This document shows positions 10,639 through 24,882 of a DNA stretch of 64,000 nucleotides, piece by piece (the stretch's first letter is position 1; the number at the start of each line of letters is the position of its first letter). Location: contig NMRA01000147.1 in NCBI GenBank assembly GCA_002633005.1, positions 496,001 to 560,000 of the forward strand. The letters run 5' to 3'. The translations under genes and the position numbers were made by a program. The stretch is from Phoronis australis. Taxonomy: Eukaryota > Animalia > Phoronida. Below the pieces are notes generated by a model, which was not told the origin of the DNA, ran no database searches, and saw nothing but the letters and a program-made list of their open reading frames with translations.

Positions 10639-13097
10639 GTGTGTTGTGTGCGTGTGTGTGTTTTGTGCGTGTGCATGTGCGTGTGTATGTGTGTATGGTG
10701 CGGTGTGTGAGTGCGTTTGTTGTTATTTCGTTATGTTTTTGTTTATCTTCTTCTGCTATGATTTTTATTTTACAAACTGTTTATTAATCAGCACTATGTT
10801 GTAATACAGTAGCTCATTTTCTACATTTAATTAAACCACGTTAATTTTTCCGACCTTCTACCCCTCCCCACTCTGCCTTTCCTACACGTGAACAAAAAAT
10901 GGAAAGTCCCTAATAACATACACACAACTGCTAGTTACTGAGATACTTTATGTACGTTATTTCCTGAGTGTGTTGCGTTCATGATCATTTGACTAAACCT
11001 TTATGCAGTAATTTTGAAGTAGGATCGTCAAACCATTTCTGTCTTCAGGCATTCTTCCAGTTCACGAAGCAGACCCCTGGTTTCAAACAACATTCCGTAA
11101 TTAAAATGAATATGCCATCAGTAAATGAAACAAAGCGCTCTGGGTATCAATGTTGCGATATACCCATTTCTAAATAAATACTACACTACTCAACCTAATT
11201 CGAACGGGAGGTGAAGCAATAGGGTTTCACTAAAATTCTCCGGCTAAGCAATCCAATCTTAGAAAGCGCCACTTTCGAAACGTCAGTTGTTTGATACATT
11301 ATAATGTGTTCTTGTTCTTACGTCCCGGATCAGTTGCGTCTAAACAAAAGAACAACGTTATTATGTCAGAGGTTCAATTGGCGAGGTACCAGAAAGATAA
11401 ATTGTTCTTAAAATGGTCATAAACAACCTTAAATCACAAAAGACGCTTTTGGTGTAGACCACTCGCCGCTACGAAATTGGTCTCAATTTGTTCCTTAGTC
11501 AAATGGAATGCGATTTCAGGGCTTCAGAAAGAACTGGCAGGGTTGATTGAGATCACGCTCTCCAAGTTAGCTCGTCACTGAGTGTCATTTTATGAGTAGA
11601 GCATCGGCTCATTGAATAACAAACTATCAGATCTTGCAAACTTGGAAATCACTTTTCAGTTGAGTAATTAAGAATTTGAGACCGTTATTTGGCTGCTAGT
11701 GTTAAAAGTTTGCTTCTTGAACGGAAATCGAGTTTATCGCCGCTTTAGAAGAAAAAAGTTTTTGAGAAACGTTGCAAAAAAGAAATGTCGTTGGGTGTTT
11801 TATTGATTGATTTGTAAATTNGAGCTTGCGATAGGTCAATTAATGCCCTGCCAGCAAACATGTGTGTGTGTGTGTGTGTGTTCGTGTGTGTGTGTGTGTG
11901 TGCGTGTGTGTGTTGTGTGCGTGTGTGTATTTTGTGCGTGTGCATGTGCGTGTGTATGTGTGTATGGTGCGGTGTGTGAGTGCGTTTGTTGTTATTTCGT
12001 TATGTTTTTGTTTATCTTCTTCTGCTATGATTTTCATTTTACAAACTGTTTATTAATCAGCACTATGTTGTAATACAGTAGCTCATTTTCTATATTTAAT
12101 TAAACCATGTTAATTTTTCCGACCCTCTACCAACCCCCCCCCCTCTGCCTTTCCCTCTACACGTGAACAAAAATGAAAAGTCCCTAATAACATACACACA
12201 ACTGCTAGTTACTGGGATACTTTATGTACGTTATTTCCTGAGTGTGATGCGCTCATGATCACTTGATTAAACCTTTTGCAGTAATTTTGAAGTAGGATCG
12301 TCAAACCATTTCTGACTTCAGGCATTCTTCCAGTTCACGAAGCAGACCCCTGGTTTCAAACAACCTTCCTTAATTGAAATGAATATTCCATCAGTAAATG
12401 AAACAAAACGCTCTGGGTATCAATGTTGCGATGTATCCATTTCTAAATAAATACTTCACTACTCAACCTTATTCGAACGGGAGGTGAAACAATAGGGTTT
12501 CACTAAAATTCTCCGGCTATGCAATCCAATCTCAGAAAGCGCCACTTTCGAAACGTCAGTTGTTTGATACATTGTTGTGTTTTTGTTCTTATGTCCCAGG
12601 ATCAGATGCGTCTAAACAAAAGAACAACTTTGTTATGAACGTCAGAGGTTCAATTGGCGAGGTAGCAGAAGGATAAATTGTTCTTAAAATGGTCATAAAC
12701 AACCTTAAATCACAAAAGACGCTTTTGGTGTAGATCACTCGCTGCTATGAAATTGGTCTCAATTTGTTCCTTAGTCAAATGGAATGCAATTTCAGAGCTT
12801 CAGAAAGAACTAACAGGGTTGGTTGAGATCACGCTCCCCAAGTTAGCTCGTCACTGAGTGTCATTTTATGAGTAGAGCATCGGCTCATTGAATGACAAAC
12901 TATCAGATCTTTGCAAACTTGGAAATCACTTTTCAGTTGAGTAATTAGGAAACTGAGACCGTTATTTGGCTGCTAGTGTTAAAAGTTTGCTTCTTGAACG
13001 GAATTCGAGTTTATCGCCGCTTTAGAAGAAAAAAGTTTTTGAAAAACGTTGCAAAAAAGAAATGTCGTTGGGTGTTTTATTGATTGATTTGTAAATT
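10569..13097. repeat. Direct duplication of a ~1.26-kb segment (10569-11820 and 11838-13097), each copy beginning with a (TG)n microsatellite
   Basis: Both copies start AATTAATGCCCTGCCAGCAAAC and end TTGATTTGTAAATT, with a few percent divergence. A single N at 11821 lies at the junction. Confidence 0.92.
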
Positions 13098-14054
13098 CAT
13101 TTAATATAAAATAATTCTACCATACAATAGAATAAAATACAACCCAACACACTAAAATGAAAGACATCAATACAATACTGGAACATGACAAATAAAACTA
13201 TAATTAAAGGACGAAACCAAAAACGTATTGTCGACAACTGATGTGTCGGTGAGGCTACACAATTAAGAGCAATAAGTCAGTATCACCGTGCTGAAATTCC
13301 CAATAAGCGATTTGATTGGACTACCTCCTCAGTTATATGAAACACAAATAACACGAGGGTGTCTCTAACGCAATAGGCTCCAATCATGAAATCGCGAGTC
13401 TTTAGAGGGCAATGGTAGTTTACATTGTTCATCGGGTACAGTGCAGCAGATATCGGTGTACTGCACGTGAACATCATTGCTTTTAGCGACAACTTGCTTC
13501 TATGCACAGCTATTAGTCTTTTCCAATAATTTGTGGCGAGCTACGCATCGTTTTGACTCAGCAGCATATTTGTATCCGTCTACAGCCTGAGTTCTCTTTT
13601 GCTGTGAATCGTGTGTTTTTATGAGTGTCTAGACACACGTGGCTTTGCCCTACTGAGGGGATGAATTCTCCTGTTATGCAGCAATGTTGCAACTCATTTA
13701 CAGATAAAAATTAAGTTCCACCGAATTGTTGTTCATCACGGGATGCGCTTCAAACAACGACATAAAACAACTAGAAAGATCATTGTCAGAAAGTGACAAG
13801 AATGACTCTTAGCGAGTGAGACTTTTTGGAAAGTTTACAGCCTTTCCAGTGACTTGTGCACCATAGCAGAAGTATACGAGAAAATAAAAACGTGGATCAT
13901 GCTGAATCATAGATGTTTAACTGTTGGCACAGTAGAATAGAAATTGTTTAAAAAGAATGAAACTTTATATCCTTGGGTATTGTCTGACTCTTTTTGATGG
14001 ATTATGAGCCACAGTAGTGAAATAAATGTGAAGTCCATAAAAGCGTTGTTAGTG

Positions 14055-14180
14055 CTGAGAATCACAGTGTCTAACTGTTGACACGTTAGAATACATACTG
14101 AGAATCACGGTGTCTAACTGTTGACACGTTAGAATACATACTGAGAATCACAGTGTCTAACTATTGACACAATAGAATAC
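14055..14180. repeat. 43-bp tandem repeat, about 3 copies
   Basis: CTGAGAATCAC(A/G)GTGTCTAACTGTTGACACGTTAGAATACATA starts at 14055, 14098 and 14141. Confidence 0.9.
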
Positions 14181-14687
14181 ACGCTGAATGAAAAAGTCAT
14201 ATCTTCAAAAGAAAAATGTCCCAGGAAATAATATGTTTGGAAAAAAGGAACGCCGTACAGTTGAGGAACAGAATTCGGTGAAAAGAAGACATGATAAAAA
14301 TGAGTTGCGGTGGACAAGAAATGAATTACCGTACGTAAGAAATGGCATGATCAATGAGTACGAGGGAGCGGAGCTTGCGAAGGAACATTGGTAGGTCTGT
14401 TCTGTGTGCCTGTACGGAAAAGTTCTTCACATAATTAATGCTTAGGCCCAAGTGTCCCATGCAGAACTGTCTTCATTGGTAGTGCCCTATCCCTTGAGTA
14501 GCTTGCACTGCTCAACAAAGGACTCAGAGTGCTTGCATTGTGATCTGCTGTTTTGACTCTTGTGCTATCAGTATATTCCGAGTTTGTATTAGTGTTGTTT
14601 AACAATACAGCATTTTTTGAAATATATACTGTATATTCATATCATGTAAAACTACTGAAACTCTATTTGGTAAGAAAATATGGTTGT

Positions 14688-14924
14688 TATATCATATCAT
14701 ATCATATCATATCATAACATATCATATCATATCATATCATATCATATCATATCATATCATAACATATCATATCATATCATATCATATCATAACATATCAT
14801 ATCATATCATATCATAACATATCATATCATATCATATCATAACATATCATAACATATCATATCATATCATATCGTATCATAACATATCATATCATATCAT
14901 AACATATCATATCATATCATATAT
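14688..14924. repeat. (ATATC)n pentanucleotide microsatellite with ATAAC variants
   Basis: Seen directly in the sequence. Confidence 0.97.
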
Positions 14925-17804
14925 CCCTCGGGCGATAATTCTCCAAAATCCACTCGGGCTCTAGATAACGGGGGATAACGACTTCGCCATGTAATAATCT
15001 ATATGCATGTAATGTTAGTATTGCATACATATCACTGTCAATTTGAAGTCGTATATTAAAATATTCAATTGGTAGTTTTTTAGACACATTGCATATCATG
15101 CTTGGATATATAAGTCATTTTTAAAACTGTATTGATAATGGAATGCATGTAATTCTTCGACCCCAGATAAAATACTGACAGCTCTTTCTGAGACATCATT
15201 CGTTGTAATCCCATTTTGGTAATGATATTAATAAACTAACTCTTGTTTTGAACTCTTGGTTGTTATTTCTTACCGGAGACGAAGGGGTATAGAATTGGTT
15301 GTCATAAGTTCGTACGTCCGTTATTTCGTGTTCTGAACACAACTCTTACATTTCTGAGCGGATTTCGAAGAAAGTTTCAAGAAAGTTGGAATCCTGGGAT
15401 TTGACCATACACGTGACTGTATTTCCTGCTAAGTTTTTGCCAAATCCTGATTTTCACTACGCACCTGCATGGTATAGATTTGGGCGCAACTTCTAAAATT
15501 CTCAGCGTATTGCGACCGAAACTTGCAAAAAAGTATAACCATGTCCGCGGACAATCCGGATCCTTTTCATTTGCTTCTCAAACATTGCGTTATTTCCATG
15601 ATTCCGCTCGACGATGGATTATTAAGTGTAAACTGAAATGTTTATTTGTAGATAAATTAGTGACCACGCGCTATATCAATCACGTGCATTTTTGTCAAGT
15701 TATTAAAAATAGTCTGCAGATTTGACAAACCTACAGACAAATGAATGACTTGCCACCTCAGAATAAAATTAACATGTAATTAAGTGGATTTTGTGAATTT
15801 TCGAATTTCCAAGGGCGTTATGTCAACTTAAATTCTAAGTAAGTTAACACGAACGATGTACTACACGTATAAAAGCCCGGCGCACACGGAAACGACTTTC
15901 CATCAGTGACGACTTCCAGTCAACGCAAACAGTACGACTGTCGCCGATGAAAAATCGTTCCAGCTGTCTGCATCTTCATGTGTTCCAGCAATACGATTTA
16001 ATCTCCTAATTTTGCTGAGCAAATTGAACTGAATCTCTGCCATGAGTCGGCCCCCAAGAACACTACGAAACGCGGCCTGTCATCGAACGACGGCACTCCT
16101 TGAGTCCGCTCAAAAATATTTTATCAATTAGGTGCAATTTACGAGAAAGAGAATGAGGAGAGGTTATCAACAAATATGGTGGCTTGGCTTTGCTTTTGAT
16201 GGTCGATATTACAAGATAATGTCAATGCTTTTCAACTTGTGTGAAAGCACAATACCGCATGTGGCTACATGAGCAAACAGTCGGACCAGATTTAAAAAAT
16301 ACTGTGCCGGCTTGCGAAATAAATGGGATCTATGTGCAGACTGTATACAGCACACAATGTGACCTATTTACAACTGCACAATTTGTACTGAATAAACTGC
16401 TAACATATTCTGAAATATGAATTCAAAAACTAGTATTACTGAGAACTAATGACGTTTTCCGCATTGCTGGAATACCGAAGTTTCGTTTTCAAGGCACAGG
16501 AGTCAGGAAAAAAGCCGCAGTTGACTGCCGGTAGAGAAAGGACTGCTTTGACTTGAAAGTTACAAAAACAATCACTTAGCTGCAACATCTCATTTGTTCA
16601 AATCTGGCGAACACGATTCCCACCTGCAGACTGCAGAAGGCATAGAAAAAGCTTCATGTAACTGGCTTCGGCCTTGACGCCATGACTGCCGGGTTGAAAA
16701 ATCCTCGTTATTGAAGTCGTCAGGCCGGCTGCCGTGCACAACTGGCCGGTTTCGTTTGGTGCCAAAATGTTGTTCTCTCCAATATTTTTACGCTCTAGAA
16801 ACCAAATTCTGGGGCTTCTAGAATAAGAAAACATCATAAGTTTACAGTAAGACCATGCCGTATTGTCCGGTGAACAGTTTTCGGGGTACCCAATACAAGG
16901 AAGTACAAAGGCCTACTCAGCAGCGCAAAACGAAACCAAGGTCCTGTTTCGTAGCAGAAACGATGTGAAATAAGTAGCCTAGTGTGCAATTACGTTCAGT
17001 TTTCAGACAGATGAACGTGATGGTAAGTAGAGAACTAGTAGCGCGTGTGTTATTACTTCACACGTACTGTAGATGTTAACATTTTAGAAGCTTCACGTTA
17101 CTATCTGACCTGAGAAGTTTCTAGGTTAGGCCTAGTGTTAATGTATCTGAGGTTAGGCGTAGCACAGGCCTAGTGTTTTCTGCGTTGTTTGTCGAGTCAG
17201 TTCTACATCTAAAACCTCAACCATTCATAGTGGGCTAAGTTTACATTGTCGCTTAGTGTGTACTGAACGTCTGTATCCGGTAGTTTTCCGTCGTGACGCC
17301 AGGAGTGCCACTGAAACCAATCAAGGTCTGTGAAGGCGATACGCCACATTCGCAATCAAAGAAATCCAGTTTCTCCGAATTCCAATGATAGATTCAAATT
17401 TTTCCTAATATAAGGTGTTCATTGTGCCACTAGACTTACGAAAAGCAGATTAAAATAAAAACTCAGCATATATTTAATTACTGGTCCTTTCAGACATTAT
17501 GTTTTAATGTAATTCAGTCGGATCGAGAGAAACTAAGTCATTCGGGAAGAGACGTCAAACGGTTTCACTGAATTAGTGTGTTCTTGATTTGGGTCAAGGT
17601 TCATATAAGAGCTGCAACTGAGGAAAACACTCTGACATGAACTTCATCAGACTGAATTTTTAATCGGTTTGACATTTTTGAATGCGTATAATTGATACTG
17701 ACGTATATCTAAATGTCTTAAGACGGAGCAACAAGCTAATTAAGAACAAATTACAGTGAAATATACGAATGAAGCATGTATTCCTAAAAGCGATATGATG
17801 ACGA

Positions 17805-17865
17805 CAACAGTTATCATAAAATGACGATAATGATGATGATGATGATTATGATGATGATGATAAGG
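17805..17865. repeat. (GAT)n microsatellite
   Basis: Seen directly in the sequence. Confidence 0.85.
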
Positions 17866-19163
17866 ATATTTCAAAAACGATGCACCCCGCGAGTCAATTG
17901 AAACGTAGCCGACAATGGCCTGAAAAAAATATCGTAGTAGTATAACTCACAGTCCCCCTCAAATTCATGAGGACTCAGGGGAAAGGAAAAATGGCCTGGA
18001 GTCAAGATATCACAGACAAAGTGTATGTCGTGGAAAAGTTACAGACAGAGAATATCGATCTCTGACCGTTACCATTACCGCAAGTCTCCTCCTACGAGCT
18101 GTAGTTCTTTCCACAATTGACAGCAATTCAGTTCTTATTAACGGTCTCAAATGTATGGTTAAAAACTTTGGAGCTATGAGCCACGTTAGTTGAATGTCTG
18201 ACCTGTTTTCGATTCCATTACGGCCGGAGGGGGCGTGATTTCATTTGCTACCTCAGTGCGTTACGCGATCAGCGATTGGTCTGAACGGCTAACTGCATTT
18301 CAATTTAACTTAACATATAAATCCAGAGTTTAAATATGTATCTTCGCAATATGCTTAACCCCATATCGGTAATATTCCAGTGATCATCTTCTCTGCATTC
18401 TAGTTGTTTTAAACTCTGAATAAAATGCGTACTAAAATTATCCAAGACAAAGCGAGCGGAATTGCACGATTTAGAGCGGCCACTGGCTCGATTTATGGAA
18501 TCTAATGCGTTAATAACATTTTTCTATGCGCCAATGACGAGGGAGGCGCCCCTGAAATTATTCCTGAATTTTGATAATGAATCTTACAAAGCCTTTATCT
18601 GAGGGTATACTTATGTCTTTTATTTCACAAAGTTGAATAACAGGCGTTTTGGCTATGTTGAGGAGGAAAATTTTCAAGGAATTGGTAATTGCGAGGTGTT
18701 AAAGAAACGAACTGAGAGTAGCATGAATAATTGGATAACTGTTGATAACAAAAGAACTACAGCTCGTAAGAAAAGAATTCCATTCATGAAGAAAGTACCC
18801 GGTTGATGGGAACGCCCGTGGGGACCGCAATCCTCTTTTCCAGGGGTTTCAAACACAAGAACAGACTAAGTCAATGTATCCCACACAAGTTCGTGTTTTT
18901 GACCGGCGCAAGATTACATATAGGTGGCGCTGTGACATAGGGTATTGTGGACTGTTTGAAGGAAGTCACGAAATTTAATGCGCGATAGATTCATAGAGAG
19001 TTTAGACTAAAAATTATAAGTAGAAATTATTAATCTTCTTACTTAATTCTTACTTATTTCATATCAAAGCGCTGATTTATAACAGCACATACACACACCA
19101 TACACACACATACGCACACGAACAGGCTAAAATTATTTAGTTTTAACTCGTCTTCATGTTAAA

Positions 19164-19647
19164 ATGACTCGACTATTTCAGGTTAGTCATCCGTCAATAG
19201 AGTCTGACGCCAGCGCAACGCTTCCAGCTTTTTGTCTCCTCAAGCCGATTCCTGACGACATATCAAAGATCACCTTTGTTGTCACGGTCATAAGTTGTAC
19301 TGCTTCTATCCTCGCATCAGTGGCCATATTCGCTCTCTACTACAAGTTGCCTGGTATACGGACTAACAGCAGAAAATTGCTTCTGTTCTTAACAATAGCT
19401 GACTGTTTGACGGCATCAAGCAATCTTTTCGGAATGGTCCGTTTCAAGATCACGGAGAGTGACGCATGGAAGCAGTGGTCTGACGGATGGTGTATTGGAC
19501 AGAGTTTCGTGACAACATACTCCAACCTCTGCTCCTTCTACTGGACAGCCGCTATCTCGCTTTTCTTGTTGTTGCCTGTCGCGCGTCCCCGAAAGATGGG
19601 CAAGAGGTTCCACATCATCTCTCATTGCATCTGTTGGTTGCTGCCCG
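19164..19647 (+). CDS. GPR157: GPR157-like (cAMP-receptor-like) 7TM receptor, paralogue A, exon 1 of 4
   Basis: ATG at 19164; SCTASIL, RKLLLFLTIAD, WCIGQSF, SFYWTAAIS, HCICWLLP; phase-1 donor G|GTAAGT. The spliced CDS of 484+206+207+300 nt gives 398 aa with no internal stop. Confidence 0.9.
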
Positions 19648-20866
19648 GTAAGTAACGAAATAAACTATTAAGCATTTGTAAAGTGAGTCAAAATGATCGG
19701 CGTTGATGGTCCATTTTTCTTAATCTCACCAGATCAACAGGGCCAGAATTCCGCTGATCTAATCTTTTATTTAGCTGCTTTATCAAAAGCCTTCACGCCA
19801 ACAAAGAAAGGGCGTCAGGCCGGGCCTACTTTCAAAATGTGACGTCTTAAAAGTCATTAGAGATATTTAATCTTAACTTACTTTCAATTTCCTTTCGAAT
19901 CTTTAAAGAGATTTTATGCTACACCCACTGTTTTGGTTAGCGATTGTTTTGGTCAGTAACCGTTCATAACAGGCCTACTGTCAACAAAGTAACAAGACAT
20001 TCAAAGTTAAAAGCCTAGAAACAAAATGAATCTTGTTTCCTTTTAAAGGAAACCTTGTCATTTCTTTGTAATTTATGTTTCACAGAAAATATCAGTTGTT
20101 ATAACACGGCCACTAATACTTCCGTCCTCTGGCTGAAACACGATATGGTGACTTCCGGCATACTACAATACCAACATGGCTGTGCAATATACATGCCGCC
20201 AGACCGTTAGATGTAGCTTTTTGCGATCTGACCAATCCAACGGCCCAAATCGTGCAGTCCTGATAAAAAAGTGAGCAGACGAGAACATGACGTCCTAATC
20301 GTTAAAACTGACTCCCCGGCGTTTAGTCCATATTCCAGACAACACCGGTTTTCAGAGACCTGACATCTACCTTTTGTTAAGCGCCATGCTCGTTCTTTTG
20401 TCCGATATCATGACTCAAACGTCAATTATCTACTACGCTGAATGAATACGTTAATGTAAACACGCATCGACTCAAAACTGTTGCTAAGAAATAAAATGAA
20501 CCCATCGCAGCGTTTTGGTTAATTTCTATCTTATTTTTTCCGCGAAAAAAGGATTCTACTCTGTCTAACTTTTCACGTTAAAAAGTTACCTGTTCCTGTC
20601 CTTGGCATTTCAATTTATTTCATCCAGTACGATTTATGTGATAATTGTTCAGTACAACACAATAGGAACTTAGATCAACTTTTGAGATATCAAGCGGCGG
20701 CGTCAGTAATTGATGTAGAGAAGCTACAACAACCACTGAACGGACCGGTTTCCTAATGAAGAGATCGACGAAAAACTCGGAGGAAACAACAATCAGTGGT
20801 TGCGTAATGAAACAAATATAGAGCAATCCCTGGGGCATATCAGAGATAAAATTTTCTACTTCACAG

Positions 20867-21072
20867 GTATAATAGTCGTACTTGCTGTACATAACAATGC
20901 ACTCGGCGAAGACAGAGCCCACACTAGCGGCGGATGGTGTTGGATTGAGGGATGTAATATATCTGCCAACGACCGCTTGAAATGGATGATAGTTACCGGC
21001 AAAGGCTGGGAAATCGCTGTCTACATTTTGACTGCTGTCAACTACATATTGCTCAAATATTTCTTATATAAG
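20867..21072 (+). CDS. GPR157: GPR157-like paralogue A, exon 2
   Basis: Acceptor TTCACAG; GWCWI and GKGWEIAVY motifs; phase-0 donor AAG|GT. Confidence 0.9.
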
Positions 21073-21277
21073 GTCTGTATCTTTCCAGAACATTTTACCA
21101 TGAGCAGCAGTAAGTTTGTGTTTCCTTGCATGTTACTACTACCGTTCTGGTGCTAATTGCGCGTGTGCAAACAAACTTTCTCAACCACCAAAGACATCGC
21201 CATCATTGCCACCTACATCATTGGTAGTCGGTATCGTTACAAATCAACTTCTAATAGTATTTTATTGACAATTTTAG

Positions 21278-21484
21278 CATCGCCACAGGACAGCGGCGTC
21301 GTCAGCTATTGACGTTCGTTATGTGCTTAGATCAGGGGACAAGAACTTCTTGTACGTTCCGATGTTGCTTTACCTTCTACGTCTGTGGGGGACCATAAGG
21401 TTCGTTCTAGCGATACCGTGGTCGGGTGATGAAAGCTACCAGAAGAACGCGAACCAAGTGTCAATGGTTTTACAGCCAGTGCAG
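21278..21484 (+). CDS. GPR157: GPR157-like paralogue A, exon 3
   Basis: Acceptor ATTTTAG; DKNFLYVP and LRLWGTIRF motifs; phase-0 donor CAG|GTAACA. Confidence 0.88.
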
Positions 21485-21699
21485 GTAACATTTTTGAAAA
21501 TGATGTGTAGTACGACCATGTCATTTATTGACAGTTGTACGATCGAGACTACAAAGATTACAGGAGGTTGTTGCAATGCTTTCAACATTTTATTTTCTCG
21601 AAAGAGACGCAAAACAGTCTCAGTTGATGAAGTGATTGTTAGTTCGAAGACAAACGTATCTTCACAGAGATGGGTATGCCGGTAGTTAAAATGACAGAC

Positions 21700-21990
21700 A
21701 GGTACACAGGCACACATGGAGACAGTCGAAAAGACGACAGTGATGTTTACCGATACACCGACAGACAGACAGCGGACCGACAGGTAGATAGACAAGAACA
21801 TGCACACACATAGACAGACCGATAGAGTGCGATACGGGTGATAAGATTATAGGAGGGTCAGCCTTAGGTCTATAGGTAACGTATCGGTATCCAAATGGCA
21901 TATACAGATAGACAGGCAGACAAACAGACAGACCGATAAACCAACAAATAAACGGATGAATCGACGAAGGATGGATGGGTAGACCGACGA
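21700..21990. repeat. Degenerate (GACA/GATA)n tetranucleotide tract in intron 3
   Basis: Repeated ACAGACAGAC and GATAGACAG units. Confidence 0.7.
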
Positions 21991-22049
21991 AATCGATTAT
22001 TGTGCTTTAAACACATGGGCATCATTATAATATAATTTCCTATATTCAG

Positions 22050-22349
22050 GGCTTCGGCGACAGCGGACAAGCATTTTGGAATTTCGTCGTATTTTTCATC
22101 CTTGATTCAACAACCCGATCAGAGATTTATTCGTGGAATTGTACTGCTGTGAATGAGGTGCAACGTGCTGATGGTCATTTGAAGGAAAACCATGAAAATT
22201 CTGATGACGGTAATTGCTCAGAGAACGGTTACGGACCAGGTGAACGTCCCACCGAAACCTCAGCTTTACTGGGTCGACAGCTGATGAATTTCGATAATCA
22301 ATCACTCAACTATAGCACAAACTCACGTGGTTCGTTGCAAGGTGAATGA
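22050..22349 (+). CDS. GPR157: GPR157-like paralogue A, exon 4
   Basis: Acceptor TATTCAG; TM7 GFGDSGQAFWNFVVFF, then a polar tail ending at TGA 22347-22349. Confidence 0.88.
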   Translation, partial: GFGDSGQAFWNFVVFFILDSTTRSEIYSWNCTAVNEVQRADGHLKENHENSDDGNCSENGYGPGERPTETSALLGRQLMNFDNQSLNYSTNSRGSLQGE

Positions 22350-23399
22350 CAAATTACCATTATCCAGGAAAAGACCTTGAGACTTGGATGTGGCCTAAAA
22401 TTTTTATGAAATACTATATTTTTTGTGGAAAGATTTATACTATTTTTAAGACTGGCTGTACTTCGGGAGCAAGTTTTCGGTTATACAGGATTAGTTAAAC
22501 GCACGACACTTTTCATTGTTCACAGTCTTTACTCCGTTACGTTCATACCTGCGGAACAAAACTCTACTCTCAGCTGAACATAGATAAAGTAACTGACCTA
22601 GCGACATAATTAAAAAGACACACGATATTTCGAAACATACTCGTTTCATTCTCAAGTGAAGATAAAATGACGCAGTAATGCCACCACAGAGTATAAGCCG
22701 ATGACACACACAATGGGACACGGCGGGTGTGAAATACTGCAAAAATGACTAATGAAGGGGGGTAACAGGAAAGTCACGCAAACAAGAGTAACGTGCGGCG
22801 CGACCCTGTTTGCTGCTCATTCAAAACAGGCTCCTCAAAAGCAATTAAAAGGGACTCTAATACTTTCAATCGTAGCACACCGTGCTCCACGTAACGAATT
22901 TTTCTTGACGGGTGATTTTACGTTCGTGACATTGCAGAAAATGATCTTGGATGGCATATAAATGAAAATTTTGAAAAATGTCAAATACGCTAAAATGCGG
23001 ATTATTACCTTGATTTCAAAGAACAATAAACCCAAAAATGGAGACCAACTACTTTGCTTAAAGAGGCATGGAACGCAAACGCTCGTAAAAGTATTTTTGA
23101 AACAATTCCTGAAGAAAATACCATCTCACAAAGTCTGGTACAGAGTAATTCAATTTCCCATGTGAGGACATTTTCAAGTAAAAATCTCGATATACAGAAG
23201 GAAAAACCCTGTGGTTCCCAAAGACATTCTGATCTCTCTCCCACTTATGATAAATGCACGCATGCGCTCACAGTCAGTTGCTTGAAGTCAAAGGTCACAT
23301 TGTCCATATAAGGGAATCATGCTACGTCTATGTCTTGCCATACCAAATAAGGAGAGGTGCTTTGCCTTGTCAGGAGAAAAATCAAAAAACTGGAGAGCA

Positions 23400-24330
23400 G
23401 TTGACAGAACACATTTTGAAATTTGAAACTAAAAGACAATGCTTTGATATCAGCAAAAATTAAAAATCGTTCTTTAACTTGTGGAAGAAAAATCAACCAA
23501 GCGACGAGCAGTTGACAGATCGTTTCTTGAAATTTAAAATTAAAAGAAACATGCTTTGACATAACAAATTCAAAGTTTTTAAAAACAAACTGTAAAAATA
23601 CCTAGTAAGCAGTTTGAATTCTGTTTCAGTGGCAGAGAAACACATTAAATGTGCAATTTTGTCTTGTTTTCGCGTTCCAGGCAGCTTTGACACTGCTAAA
23701 AGGTTGGCATTCGGGTGTTTTGTTAGACGAATGAAAAATATAAGGCAAAGATTGATGAAATAAATAATCTTATCAAAATTTGGTTTGGAAGAAATTTCTT
23801 TGGAAAGGTTGCTGTAGTAAAGACGTTAATTGTGCCAAAATTATTTACATATCGACAACTCTGCCCACTCCATCTAGTATTGTTATGAATGAACTGAACA
23901 CAAAAACGATTAAATTCATTTGGAATGACAGAGTAAAGAGAGATGTTTTTAAAACTGATTAGGAAGGGGCTGCGGTGAAAATGAATATACTAATTTCCTT
24001 TCACGTGGCGATAAAACTATTAGAGATAAACACAATACTTACGTCAGATTCAAAATTTTTGAAATTATTTGAATTTGTAAAGGCAAATATTGTTAATTTT
24101 GGAAATCAAACCAAACTGCAGTCGCTAACTCTTTTTGGAACGAGGTTCCAAGTAGGCTAACTGGTTCTTCTTCATAAGTAAACAACAATGATAAGTTTTA
24201 TAGAGAAACAGACTAAAATGATCTTTTTGCAGACAATACAATGTAACCTGTAGGAGTGCCCGAGGGTGTGTCGTGCGTAATTTTTTCCTGTGCTTCTATT
24301 ATCTGTATTTATGTGACTTGTATTAATAAA
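23400..24330 (+). mobile_element. Highly decayed L1/Tx1-type LINE ORF2 fragment
   Basis: KIIYISTTLPTPSSIVMNELNTKTIKFIWNDRVKRDVFKTD*EG resembles the post-RT FIW..K..R....GGL segment; a partial FDT motif near 23685; ends in AATAAA. Boundaries are approximate. Confidence 0.55.
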
Positions 24331-24882
24331 GTGTTAAAAAGACTTCGAGTCTTGCCTTTATGTAGCTTTGTATGTGTGTGCGTGGGCGTGTATGTGCGTG
24401 GGCGTGTGAGAGCGTGTGTATGTGCGTGCGTGTATATACTTGCTGCACAAATTGCAAAAGCTGGACAAGCATTTGTTTTTGGCAAGTCTGTTGCACAATC
24501 CCTAAAGAATTATTATTGGAATGAACTGCGAATTATTACTGTAACAAATAGCACTTGTGCCGAACTTGGCCTACGATACACGACTGGTTTGCTTCACTCC
24601 TCAACCAGCCGGTCACAGCCCACGTGACAAACAATTAAAAATTTACAAACAATATCTAGTATACAAAGTCCATGTTACTCATATAATTACGTATGAACGG
24701 CAAGAGTTACAAAACGACCCGGGGAAAAAACCACCACCACAGAAATTTACCCGCTTGTCAGCAGGCGGTACATATAGGCCTACGCTTCCAGTCACCGTGT
24801 GGTGAAAAGGAAGATATCCCATGTGATTTGCGCATGTCAGTTTCAATAATCCGTATAAAATGCGCATTTGCAGATCCATGGC

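Noticed and set aside
10574-12073. Cys/Val-rich and His/Thr-rich ORFs (also 4562-4819 and 24256-24627)
   Set aside because: Translations of (TG)n/(CA)n microsatellites.
14055-14180. CRISPR array (also 59484-59680)
   Set aside because: Units are contiguous with no unique spacers, there are no cas genes, and the context is eukaryotic.
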